DNA of 56,606 nucleotides, the filler included, from Sphacelaria rigidula (Eukaryota), in the NCBI GenBank assembly GCA_964200075.2. It is 7 parts of 7 records of this genome, joined end to end, with 100 filler letters (N's around TTAATTAATTAA, not from the genome) between each part and the next. Parts side by side here need not be neighbours in the genome. Positions count along the whole stretch, not along the records: positions 32,406 to 40,406 come from CAXNAA020012692.1; positions 40,507 to 48,506 come from CAXNAA020012693.1; 5 more parts are not named here. The stretch is one strand, 5' to 3'. Shown here one piece after another: positions 34,249 to 45,933 of this stretch (the first letter of the stretch is position 1; each line of letters begins with the position of its first letter). The notes under the pieces are model-generated. The model did not search any database and was not told where the DNA came from. It saw only the letters and a program-made list of their open reading frames with translations. The translations under genes and the position numbers were made by a program.

Positions 34249-34719
34249 GGCTCCTTCTTATGTATCAAATAATGAATCTTGTTGAAAAGTGCATTTTTGG
34301 CCCTTCTCCGTCGTTTTTCCCTCGAAAAGAGGGCTAGGCAGGCGGATGTTGACACTATGGAATGGCTTGCTCTACTCGCCGGGACGGTTCCAGAGTACCG
34401 TGGCGTTTCCCGTAGGTCACAGTTTCGCTCTTGGCCAAAATTGCATTTTTGATAACAAACGATCGAGTTAAAAAAAAAACAGGGGGAAAACTGCCAGTTT
34501 TTTGGTAACTTGACTGTTATTGAAAATGCAAGTGTGACCGAAAACGAAACCGTGACCTACGGAAAACGCAAAGGTGCTCTGGAACGGCCTCAGCGAGTAG
34601 AGCAAGTCATTCCAAGGTGTCAACATCTGCCTGACCCTCTTCTCGGGGGAAAAACGACGGATGAGGGCCAAAAATGCACTTTTCAATAAGTTTCATTTTT
34701 TTATACATAAGAAGCAGCC
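34249..34719. mobile_element. 471-bp foldback MITE, PIF/Harbinger (Tourist)-like, with TAA target-site duplication
   Basis: TAA|GGCTCCTTCTTATGTAT ... ATACATAAGAAGCAGCC|TAA; inverted arms of about 230 bp; a related copy lies at 47585-47853. Confidence 0.85.
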
Positions 34720-35979
34720 TAAGACGTAGCGAATACAGAATGATAACAAGTCAACGGAAGTGAAGCACGAAAAGAAACGGCCGATTCAGGCGCTCTTCCT
34801 CCGATCCGGAATCCTGTCGGTGCCCATCCTTCTTACCGAGCCGCAAATCGCAGATGCCGCAACAGTCTGACAGTGTCACCACGTGACGCGGTGCGGGCGT
34901 GTGTGTCGGCAAGATGTTCACACAACATGTCCGTTGGATCTTTGTGAGCTCCGGCACACAAGCGCTCTGTGTGCATCGTTGGATCTTCTGGGTCCTCGGG
35001 CCAATTATAGCAGGAGGCTACACTCTCTTGGTCGTTGGATTTTGGCTTTTTTTTGGTGGGAGAGTTATTCGACCGAAATGGCTATGATTGTGACTGCTCG
35101 GCGTATCTTCTGCTGGGCCGGCTGTACGGTCACCACTTCACAAACAAGGGTCGGCAGGTGAATAAAAAAGGTTGAGTGATCATTTTTGAGCAGAAGGCAG
35201 GGTGTACCCTCCTGGTTTGTTTACAAAAAAGGGTACTCTCACAGGTTCTCATTTTCGATGCCATAGTTCAGGCTAGTAATACTCATGAAATTGAAAAAAA
35301 ATGGCCAGGCATGCTGCCCAGACACCTTGGGCGTGGGACTGAGGCGCTAGAACGTGTTTTCGAGGTGTTCAGGCCGCGTGCAGCGCCGCGCCCCAAGGCG
35401 AAAAATACGTTACCCTTTTTTGTTCCAAAAGCCGCAGGGTATACCCCTTTATGTATATTTCCCAAATTTCGATCCTGAACAGGGAATTATGTACTACAGT
35501 ACCCCTGAGTGCTATTCTACATGCTTCATTTCGAGCAAGGTTCCCCAAATACCCTCACAATTGTCACAAATCATATCTGAAAGGAGTGTGCCAGCACTTT
35601 CGCTAGGCAATTCAGACCCCCTTTGGGACCTAGAGGAGAGGTTATTTCGAAAAACCATACGATTAACCCTGAGCATACTACTGTACTGCATTATTAGGAG
35701 GGTTTCGCAGGTAGTAGGCTCGCCAACCCGGTGGCGGGAGCTGCTACTACTGCGTGCAATGGTAGATGGAGCCGTGTCTCTCCCGCACACCTCCTACGAA
35801 ATGCTGAGCACTACTGCAAGAAAGCGGTAAAGCACATCTTCTGCGTAATATATATATACATAATTGTGCAAAGAGGTACGAAAATGACGGGGGGTGGGGG
35901 GTGGCTGTATGTGCTGGGTTTTTCGTTACCTCATCTGCGGGTTCTCAATAGAAAAAACGGGTCGCAACCACGCTGCCCG

Positions 35980-36125
35980 ATACGGCGACGCAGCCCACCC
36001 CGACACCAGGTCCCAACTCTGCCAGGAAGACAGTGACCATACAAGGCGTGATAGCTGGTTCAGACTGGATGAAGCACCTCTCATAGGCGCTACCGGCGAA
36101 ACAACCCCAAGCGTGGGAGTTTCCA
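35980..36125 (-). repeat. Family D copy (diverged)
   Basis: TTCAGACTGGATGAAGCACCTCTCATA...CCCCAAGCGTGGGAGTTTCC is the reverse complement of the family D core. Confidence 0.55.
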
Positions 36126-37077
36126 CCATCTCGTTGTGTGTGTGTGTCCAGTTTTATTTTTGTCCGTTTCACCCAACTGACTGTATTTTTTCCCGGGGTT
36201 GCCAGGAGCTTAGTAGACGTTAGACGTTACAGACGTGCGGTGGCTCACGCTCTTGTCTGCACAGCAGGCGAGTACCTTGCTGCTATATTTTTCCTTCTCT
36301 TCACTTCGAAAATATGCATGCGCGCAAACGGCCAGTACCGTACTTGCATCAGCGGCAGTTGCGCGACGGGGACATCGCCTTGTTACGTGTCCTGTAGCGC
36401 TCAGAGGCACGTCCTGTTAAAAGAATGCTGCACCATAACGGTGGTTTTTCTTTTGAACTGCTCATCATGCTTGCGCTGCCGTACAGAAACTTCTGGGTTA
36501 GGGTTACATGGCCGAAACTACTAACGTATCTCGAGCCTACTGGACGAAACAAATGAAATTTCCAAGGGCAGGTCGAGTAGAGTATACTCCATTGCGGGGT
36601 GTTTTGAAAGTCGTACTTAAAGTACACAAATTGCGGGTAGGGTATTAGGGATCACTTCCCAGTTAGTTTTTGGGTACGACTATTAACACTCTACCCTAAT
36701 TTGGGTAGCTCAAGTACGTCTTTCACAACACCCCGCAATTGAGAATACCCTACTCGACCTGCCCTTGGAAATTTCGATGGCGACTTCGGCCTCTCCCAAA
36801 TGATGAACCTCAAATTTGATTTCACGCTGTTGACCTGTGGCGCGTGTTTTGACCACCGAAAGTCGCTCAAACTGGCCCTTTTTCGCGGGGTGTCGATCCC
36901 GAAGCGCAAAAGCCTTCTCAAGATAATGGAAAACTTGCAACAGGAACCCGAACCACAAAAGCCTGTTAAAGGTCATGAAAAAATTCTAACATTATTACTT
37001 TTGGCCGGGTATTTTCCCCCTGTGTTTCTCTGTGTCGCGTTCTTGTTCATTTGAGAGCACGAACACACCGAACACTA

Positions 37078-37572
37078 TATTCGTGAGATTCAGAGTGTAA
37101 CATTGGATTCAGAGTGTAACATTGGATTCAGAGTGTAACATTGGATTCAGAGTGTAACATTGGATTCAGAGTGAGACCCGAAACAATGGACTTTCCCATC
37201 GATTTTGACATCGCCACAGTTCGAGGAATGATGCGCCCAGCTGGTGAAGCGGTAACTTCAATGAAAGCTGTCATCTACACGATCAGTTTGACACATCACT
37301 TGATCGCAACGACGAAGTCAGTCCATTGCAACAAAAGATCCCCTCTTTCAGGAAAAACCGATTCGTGCCTGAAACAGTTTCAAGCCGAAATGCCCCCCCC
37401 CAGGCGTAAAAATGCTTTGTGCGGTATTTCACTAACCAGACCGCCGAATTCCTCGAATGGGGTACCTGCATGCACAGGACGTGTGCTCAAGCAAAATAGA
37501 AGAAAGTCGCCAGTTAGGAACGCTAGAGCATCCACTCTGAATCCGATATTACGCTCTGAATCTCACGAATAT
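37078..37572. mobile_element. TIR element with 19-bp subterminal tandem repeats (GATTCAGAGTGTAACATTG)
   Basis: Four perfect units plus a partial one at 37087-37173; the inverted arm CACTCTGAATCCGATATTACGCTCTGAATCTCACGAATAT lies at 37533-37572. Confidence 0.75.
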
Positions 37573-40406
37573 GTTGTTATCGGTTATACCCTCAATGTCA
37601 CGAGAACATGAGAGCAAATCAGTTGAAACAAAAAGAAGATTGCCTTGGCCTTGGTCAGCAGCAAACGCAAGACCGTGCAATTGGCCGTTGGCGAGTTGAA
37701 TAAGGCACAGCAGCACGACAGAACAGGAATATTTTGCCGCATAAAACAATCACCCTATTTAAAAAATGGCCCGGTAATGTGCAAGCCACAGTGATGGACA
37801 AAGAACATGCCAAGAATGTTCCACGCATTCCAATCTTTCGCGAAGTATCTTTCGCTGTCATGTGTTTGTGGCACGAGAGCTACTCTACTTCTCACTCTGG
37901 CACCTCGGAAACACCACACATGCCCTACGCCGGCGGTGTTTCCGAACGACATCCGATAACACATGCGATGTTTTGTACACCCACGGATCACTACTGTACA
38001 TTGATATACAACAACCTCTCTTGACCATATGTTTTCGACTTGCGTCACCCCCGGGAGGCCCGTACCAACCTCCCGAAGGAGAACCTTGTACAGGTTATGG
38101 TTTACAGTATCTCGTCGTGTATGTGTGTGTGTGTGTGTGTGTGTGGTTTCAGTCCCCAGGAGACAGGTGTAACCTTTCACCATGCCCTTTGCTACTTATA
38201 GTTTTGTGCAGCGCATTCGAGTGCACTCCACCCGCCGTATATTTCGTACCCAACCCTTAGGCTAGGCAGTCATTGAGGGTCGGATGCATGGGTAGGCACC
38301 AAGGTGGGAGTGCCCCCCCACCCAGCTAGTCTCGGACTTGAAAGTATCCCTCTTCCTCATCTAAGTAGGGTCTTCCTCACCGAGCAAACCTCCTTCAATG
38401 TCCTCCAGCTCGACCCTGTACAAGAGTCACCCTACCCATCCGGGCGTAGGTCCTCAATCTCGTCGTGTCAAATGGCCACTAACGGAAGCGGCTTCGTACT
38501 TTTTTTTGGAAAAATGCAATGTTAGACCTTATTCAAAAGCAGCTAACCAAACAGACTCCAATGCAGACTGCAGATGAGCTCTGTCCCCAACATCGCTCTA
38601 GCACAACTGGAAAAGTACCATGTACGACCGTCACTGTGGACGGTGGGTCCGTCTCTTTGTGTCAGGCGTCGAACGTGAGTGTGGGTGCCCGGGCATGCGT
38701 TGAAACGTCGAGCATAAATTTCGAATGGCGACACATCCGAACCCTTTGATTCTTATCTGATTGATACTGTTGTAGTAGAAGTTGTTTGCGCCCTATCATA
38801 GCTGCAAAAGTCTAACATTGGTCAGCAGGACCAAACGAAGAAGCGAAAAACAAAGCAAGCACCCAAAAGCATGATGGTTGGTCGCTGAGCGCGATGATGT
38901 GGTGGTGATCAATCGATATGTCGCTTCAGGATGCTTGCTTGTGTCTCGCCTGTTTTCTTGGTTCCGCTGAGATCGGCCTTTGAACAGTGGATCCTGAAAA
39001 ATGGGGCCGAGTCTGAAAATGGGGTTGAAGCCACCTTGCGAAGACTCAAATTTTCCCCGAAAAAGTTTTGCAAAACGAAAGCATTTACCCATCTTTTGTT
39101 TCTATTGAAGTTAAGCAGGCGTAGCCAGGTGCAGTCGATGAATGTGGTGTACACGTGTGTCGATGACGATACTGCCGGAGGAGCAATGGCGGAGAGGAAG
39201 CTCCTCGCCCGTGTCCCTCGTGTGTCCTCGTTTGGCGATTCCCAATTGCTGGAGAAAAAGTACATACCCAATTCGCCATCGTCGGCACAAAAACTACGCG
39301 CGGTTTGCTGCACAGCCCTCCAAAGAAGATCCGGCTGCCCAGGGTTGCCGCATTTTGACTGATGTGATTGCCTCTTGTCTGTGACACTGACCAATGCAAA
39401 GATCGATTCCTCTCTGCCCCTCTTTTCAGACAGGACGTGCCTCTGTGCGCTATAGAACACGTCGTCGAAAAGCAGGGTGATGTTTCCGTCACCGCTACTG
39501 TTCTCTCTCACACACGTGCGAGCAAGGACGGTTGCGCCAAGATTCAATCGCATGTCGGGGGGGTGCGTTATGATTACCATCGTTGATATTGCCCGACGTT
39601 TGGAACAAGGACAGGAGTCTTACATATTCCAGTTGGGAGGATGTATGAGAGATCAAATACTCACGGACACCTTCTTGGAATGCGGAGTGAAAAATGATAC
39701 CTCTGTCTGGCGGTGACTTAGCTGTTGCTGGCGTGACCCAAACGGAGGCTGGAATACTGTAATCTATGAGCTTATCTGATGCCAATTGGTCGCGTGCTCA
39801 GGGGTGTGTGTGTGTTTCTTGAAAAAATCGACTCCGAGGAGGCCGCCACAAGCTGAGGCGAGATATCTAATATCAACAATTTCTCATTTCATTTATGACC
39901 CACGCCGCCAAGTGTTGACCAGAAAGGTCTTGTCTGAGGTACGTTGTTGAGCTAGCTTTCAAGCAGCTTAGTTATCGATGGCTCAAAGAAGCTAGCCCGA
40001 GCAGTTTCGGTGTCCCGCTGACTGCCTGTAGTAATTCGATCCTTTCAAGTGTATGATTACGAAAAGCTCTGATATTTAGGGCCTTTATTATCGACAAATA
40101 AACAAGATGGGAGAAGGTCTGAAATTTCGGCATTCGCCTTAATCTCATTCCATAGAATCAGAACGGCTGTAAAAAGCTGAAAACGTGCCCCTTCCTCGGC
40201 TCTCGCTAGGTGTAAGTAAAAACGATACCAAAGTCATTGCGAGCTCTACGGAACATCGCTGAGCACAGAGTTTTCTTCGAATGCAATTCCGCATTTTTCA
40301 ACTTGTGATGCGTCTTTTAGGAATTGATTTCTATCTCGAATATGAACGGATGCACTTCACTTGCGTGGGCTCTATACTAATCGCTCTATTCGTGATGTGA
40401 ACCCCC

Positions 40407-40506
40407 NNNNNNNNNNNNNNNNNNNNNNNNNNNNNNNNNNNNNNNNNNNNTTAATTAATTAANNNNNNNNNNNNNNNNNNNNNNNNNNNNNNNNNNNNNN
40501 NNNNNN
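40407..40506. other. Artificial contig spacer
   Basis: 44 N + TTAATTAATTAA + 44 N. Confidence 0.98.
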
Positions 40507-41283
40507 ACTGATTTGGGCGCTACAGCTGATTTCGGACTGCTACACGCCTCTCATGTGGGCGAGGTTGCTGCAAACGAGCCCAATAGTGGGATCGCGGCCG
40601 GTTCATTGGATGGTGCCGGTGCACTTTTGGTGGGGGGGCTATCTCGGCATTAGTCCGTTTGGATATTGCAACGTTGACAATCATCCTATTGTTGGCTTCG
40701 TTAGAGAGGTAAAGCGCAGACGAAGCTGATGGAGAAAAAAACGAGAAAATAAAAACTTGTTTTCATCACTGAAATTATGTCGAAATATACCCCCTTTTTG
40801 ACCCTTTTTGAACCATTTATACCCCATTTTTGACCGAGTTTGGACGTTTTCACGTCGAGCACTAGCAAGTGCATGCTAACAAAATGTTGGATGGGGCGTG
40901 CGTAGATTAACGTCGCGGGCGTATCCAAAATCAATGGTGGCTTCGCGATTCTCACATCTTCTGGCCCATTTTCCGGAATTTTTCGTGTTCCCGGGTCTCT
41001 CATGCTATTCTGGGAAAATGAGCGAAAATGGCCGTTTTTGGACCGACCTACTTTTTCTCGGCCGCGCGGCTGCATGGATCAAGCACCTACTTTGTAGAAA
41101 GAATGTTGATTTCAGCTAAAAAAACGCCGACGAATACAACAAAAAGATCGAAAATCAAATCTCATACCGTTAAGGTCTCGTACAACCATGAGTGCCTAGA
41201 CTCGAGAGACAGAGGAAGTACGCGTTTTCATCAAACCACGATATTTTCGCCACGGCTTCCGTGGAGTGTACATCAAGTCTCAC

Positions 41284-41754
41284 CGAGCAACGAGCATGTT
41301 CCTGACCGTGCCGCTAGTTGAACCAGCGTCAACCATCGCCGATCCGGCGTCGCATCTGTCAGGCAAACCCCGCGCAGCCCGCAAGAGCGCCGCCTCTACG
41401 GTGGTACTGTTATCAAATGCCTCTAGCCCGTCATTCAACAGCAGTACCTCTACACCATCTCCGTCCTCACTAAATGCCACACCTCGTCCATCACTGTAAG
41501 GTGACGATTGAGATGCAGCCGCTCCGCCGGGCAGCGCTCCCATAGCCACCAACCCGACCACCCCAACCCCGCGCTGGACGAATATTTCCCCGTCGATTCG
41601 ATTGCTCTTGTTACCGTGCGGCAACATCCAAAGATTCCCGTCGCCGACGTCGATGTAGACGGCAGCCGCCTCGGCGCCCAGATCAGCACGGATCCGTTCT
41701 GAAATCGTGCCGAAAACAGTTCCCGCGGCAGGATTTTCTTGCAGAGAACCGAGC
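41284..41754 (-). CDS. Internal exon encoding most of a GAF-like domain
   Basis: Acceptor TGCATTTAG| and donor CG|GTGAGA. ISERIRADLGAEAAAVYID...LW...GVGVVGLVAMG...LLLND...VRNMLVA follows the GAF pattern (LxAExxxxY, GxGxxGxVAxxG, xLND, xRxxLxxP). Confidence 0.7.
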
Positions 41755-41899
41755 CTAAATGCACATGCAGGATTTAGGAAAAATAGAGGTTTGAGTGCAG
41801 GTGTGCTTGTAAGTTTTCGAAGCAATGCGAAGAGCGGTCAATCGATAATTATGTGTTGCGCTGGGAAGCTGTGGAAGCAACGGATGGGGTTCTGCATGG

Positions 41900-41970
41900 A
41901 TTGTACGGAAGCCGTGCGACGGACGTTCGTCACGTCACCCGCAGTAGAGCCGGTTTGTTTGTTGACAAGC
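41900..41970 (-). CDS. Possible upstream exon of the GAF gene starting LVNKQTGSTAG
   Basis: Acceptor TTCCAG|CTTGTCAACAAA gives the (Q)LVNK motif typical of the last GAF strand; the donor is not determined. Confidence 0.3.
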
Positions 41971-42314
41971 TGGAACTGTGCCGAATACCACCACTGTACA
42001 ACCATCAGGTGATACATCGACTCATTCATTGAATGATTGTCGCACATAAACTGATCCGCGACGAACCCAGTCTTGATTACGGGATGTATGCACCCAAGAT
42101 GAATAAACGTAAATACTCGCTAAACGGAAGTCGATAAAAGAGGAGGGAAGGAGGAAGAAGAAATGATACGAACATAATGAACTGGTGCAGACGCTAAAGC
42201 ATACGAAGTATTAAAGATCATGGGGTGGGGGGGGGGGGGGGGAAAAACCTCAACGACCCCCGCACACACGGCGCGGGGGGGGGCAGGGACGGGGGGACGG
42301 CCTGAACCCGAGGA

Positions 42315-42324
42315 NNNNNNNNNN
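42315..42324. other. 10-N scaffold gap inside low-quality poly-G sequence
   Basis: Ten N flanked by long G runs (about 42222-42405). Confidence 0.9.
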
Positions 42325-42349
42325 GGCGGGGGGGTCGCGGGTGGTGGGT

Positions 42350-42386
<37 letters not shown>

Positions 42387-44257
42387 GCGGGGGTGGGGGG
42401 GGGGAGAGAGAACCCGACAGGTCCGTGCGACGGCTGCACCTAGACGGGCAGACAAGAGGCGAGGCCATAAAAGCAGGTTGACACTAAGCTACTCGAGGAC
42501 CGCACGATCAGGAAGGAGCTCTCCACGTCCACACTCAACGCAACGGCGCCAAAATGGACACGAAACGTTCCTCACTCCAGCGGCTTTCTTACGAATCACA
42601 AGCTGGTTCACTCATTGCCTTCTCGGTGTGCCTGCTACGCATCGCGGCTCTGGTGAGGTTTGGGGATTCGGCTGCAGATTTCAATGTGTTGGCTGCCAAC
42701 GTCGTGGCTCTTTTGCAAATGCTTCTGCAACATTCCACGTCCATGTCTACACCGAACGCAACGCCCCCTAAACAGTGACAGTGTGTCCTCGACTTCCATA
42801 CAGCTCCGGCACACCGCTTGCTTCGATCACTCGCTTCTCGGTGCAACCACTACGCACTTCGAAACTGGTGGTATTTTGCAGCCGCAGCAGCACACAAGCC
42901 AGTCGTGTTTCAATCCTTCACTTATGTGACCACGGCTGGATCCCTGGGAGGTCAGTTAAAGTGCGACAATCACTCAAGTCATCCAGTCAAAACTTGCCCA
43001 CGATCCACACCTGACGTAGCGGTATACCTACTACTACAGGCCGTGAAGCTTGAGAGACGTGTTGGTTGGTTGTACTGCAGTGCAGTGCAGTCTCTTGCAT
43101 GCACGACGCGGTGACCGCAGAAGCCACTACTGACCTGTACTGTGATGGGTGCATTTACAGCGTTGTGAATATAATCATGCAGCCGTGCACATATATAGCG
43201 GTGTTGAGAGAATCGTAACCTACCAGTACATCAGGGGGAAGGGGAAATGATACAGCCCTCCGGCAGCGAGCCGAAGTTCAGGCGCTTTCGGCGCGCAGCG
43301 CAGGGCCGAAATATTTTTCTGCGATCGGCGGCTTGCGTCAGTTTTGGGGGCCGCCGAATGTTGAGGCTGCTCATTCGGCGGGCTTGCTGGGCTAACATCG
43401 CGGCCGCAGATGTGTATACAGTGCAGATCATCGATGTATCAAGTACCTCACAGCGGATCTGACCGCCAACGATATTTGGATTTCGTGCCGACTCCAATAC
43501 CATTGTGAAGAGTGATATTTGTGTGGAAGTTCTGCACAAGAAAATACAAGAGTATTACAAGCTACATGTATTGGGCGTGAGTGCATCAAGTATGTGTTTA
43601 TCCTCATCTCGTATAACCCGATCTTCTTCGAGGGTTATCAATGCATCATATATGAAGATAACGTGGCACACAGTAGCGTGTCGCGTTCAAAACATGCTCC
43701 CTGCGGAGGCCCCTGCAGGGGGCTCGCTGCCGCCTCCTGCCGAATCGGCGCGGCGCGCTGTTCCGGCCGGGGGCTAACATCTTTCCCTGGTGTACATCAT
43801 TGCTGCACGGCAGGGTACTGGAGGCATGGTATTTGTGCACAGTGCGGTATCACACTGTACTGTAGTGTCGCGAGGAGTGCAGGCATGGGGTGCTTTACAG
43901 CATCTGACTTTGCACATTGGCTACACTGTTTTGTTAAGTGAGAACACGGGCGGCTCGTGTATGCGAATGCGTAGGGTACCGGAGCGCTTTTGGTGGCACC
44001 TCCCGGGTGTAGAGGAAGGCAACACCCTGTTCCCGACCTCGACTGTAGCGAAGGCGAGCGAGCAACCGATTTTGCTATCCCATCGTTGCAGTGCTCACAC
44101 TCTTAGATTCACCGTCCTGCCAACGACATTACATCACTTCCAACAACGTTGACTGATACAAAGGACTAATCTCTACTCCCGGCAGCGTCACATTGCGGTA
44201 CACAAAATAGCCAGTACTTTACGGTGCAGACAGTTACTATGGAACATGGAGAATTCC

Positions 44258-44882
44258 ATATATAGAGAGCATAATTTGTAAGTTTTCATTGCCAATATAA
44301 TGTTTTATTTCTTCAAGTTTTAGGCAATAATAGTAAATATAAAGAGTTATTTTTAACTATTATCTTTGAGGTAGAATAAAGGGCTTAAATAATTATGTCT
44401 ATTTTGATGTATATTTTTACATTTTTTTTTATTTACAAATGATTTTAAAATTATTAAAATTTTATTGTTTTTACAAAAAAAAGTTCAGTTGTTTACGTTA
44501 TTTGATAAGGTAAAAAAAGACAAATTCTTGTCAGATTTTTATGTTGATAGCTTTTATAGCATTAAAAATCAAGTTTTTCAGTCGTTTCTATATAAGCAAA
44601 GTATAAACAATGTTGATATTTTTCCTAATATGGTAGAACGTATGGTTTTTATAAAAACCATAAGGTTAGAAGTTCAAATCTTCTTGTTTTCTTTTTTAAT
44701 AGGTTATATTTAACTTTTCTTATACTTATTCTTTATTTTGTATTTTAGTGCGAAATGGATGCCTTGGGAGAAAATTTATAGGCGTTAATAACGAAAGAAT
44801 TAGGTGAGGTTACAGAGCTTGGGACCCTAATCATCCTAAAATGAAAAATTAAGGTTATAAAACCTATATATATATATATACA
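44258..44882 (+). other. AT-rich organelle-like insert (possible degenerate NUMT) with a tRNA-like remnant
   Basis: Abrupt switch to strongly AT-rich sequence. TGGTAGAACG is followed by a stem-loop and then AGAAG-TTCAAAT-CTTCT (T-arm-like) at 44631-44684. TA runs occur at both borders. Confidence 0.5.
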
Positions 44883-45769
44883 TAACGAATTCAATATACA
44901 TGACAAATTCTTCTTCATACATCACGCCGCCACGGGCAGAGGAGCGTAAAAAAACGAGTTCTTCGACACAGGGCTATCCGCCGCATTTTCGGGACACGGT
45001 ACCGCAACGCACATCGATCATCCTCGTCAATAACCTACAGCATGTCATTTTGACGGATACGGAGACGCACACTCTTCAATCTCTTGAACACCTTGACTTG
45101 GCGGGTACCGCGACGAACACACCTCGACCTCGGAAAGAAGACACCATGTCCTCAGGGACGAAGTCAGCCTGCCGCAGATACGTGCGCGTGTTTCACCCCT
45201 ACAAAAATTGAAGTATGTACCCCGAGCAGCTCACATGTCATCCACGATAAAGCCAAGCTCCGCGCGCAGCCACGAAGCTTCCGTAGATACTTCGTCCAGC
45301 TCACTCTGTTTCCGCACCAGGGCGCCACGCAAAGACCGGCCGGACTCCCGCTGACGCTGGCACAGCGCCCTCATCTCTGACGACCGATCCAGATCAAAAC
45401 AGGCACATGTTGATCACCTCAGTTCCGTGGGATATTACCTACTATTTAGACAAGGACAGCGACCCGCCACACACGTACTTTTACGACTCATTTAAGTTCC
45501 ATAGTACAATCAATTTCTGCACGCAATCTTGCTCCGTGCGGCGACTACAAGCGTCGTCTTACGCCAAAATAAAATAAACAGTATGATAAGTGAATGCCCG
45601 CACTTGGCAAAAAAATCATAGCACTTTTCAACAGCAACCTTGCTTGTGGATTTCCCCATCGCGGCTTGACTATCAGCCGTGAAACTTGCAGCAGAGTTTA
45701 CCGCTTGGTGGGTGTTGGATTCTAGTGTGGTATAAATCCGGATCTTTCACAGGGGTGCTGTGCTACTAG

Positions 45770-45933
45770 CGTGCTCCTAGCGTGCGCAGAACGCGCTCTC
45801 GTCTAAATCGGCGCCTGGGGTGCCGATTTGAGGTCTGGCGGCGCATGCTTTGCCTACGAAACACTTTGCACCCCCCTGGCCCGAGAGTTCTCGGTATGCC
45901 TTCGTTGGGGTCGGGGTTAGCGTTAGCGTTAGT
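45770..45933 (+). repeat. Family E copy 3 (tail degenerated to TTAGCG)
   Basis: GTGCTCCTAGC...AAATCGGCGCC-TGG-GGTGCCGATTT...GGGGTTAGCGTTAGCGTTAG. Confidence 0.75.

Noticed and set aside
37087-37173. 19-bp direct repeats as a CRISPR array
   Set aside because: The units are head-to-tail with no spacers, the context is eukaryotic, and no cas genes are present.
38909-39716. Overlapping ORFs of 223, 143 and 135 aa in contig 5
   Set aside because: No recognisable motif, coding bias or consistent splice sites; possibly decayed transposon sequence.
44620-44695. Functional tRNA gene
   Set aside because: No 5' acceptor strand pairs with TGTTTTCT, and the anticodon arm is a 10-bp-stem palindrome without a 7-nt loop.
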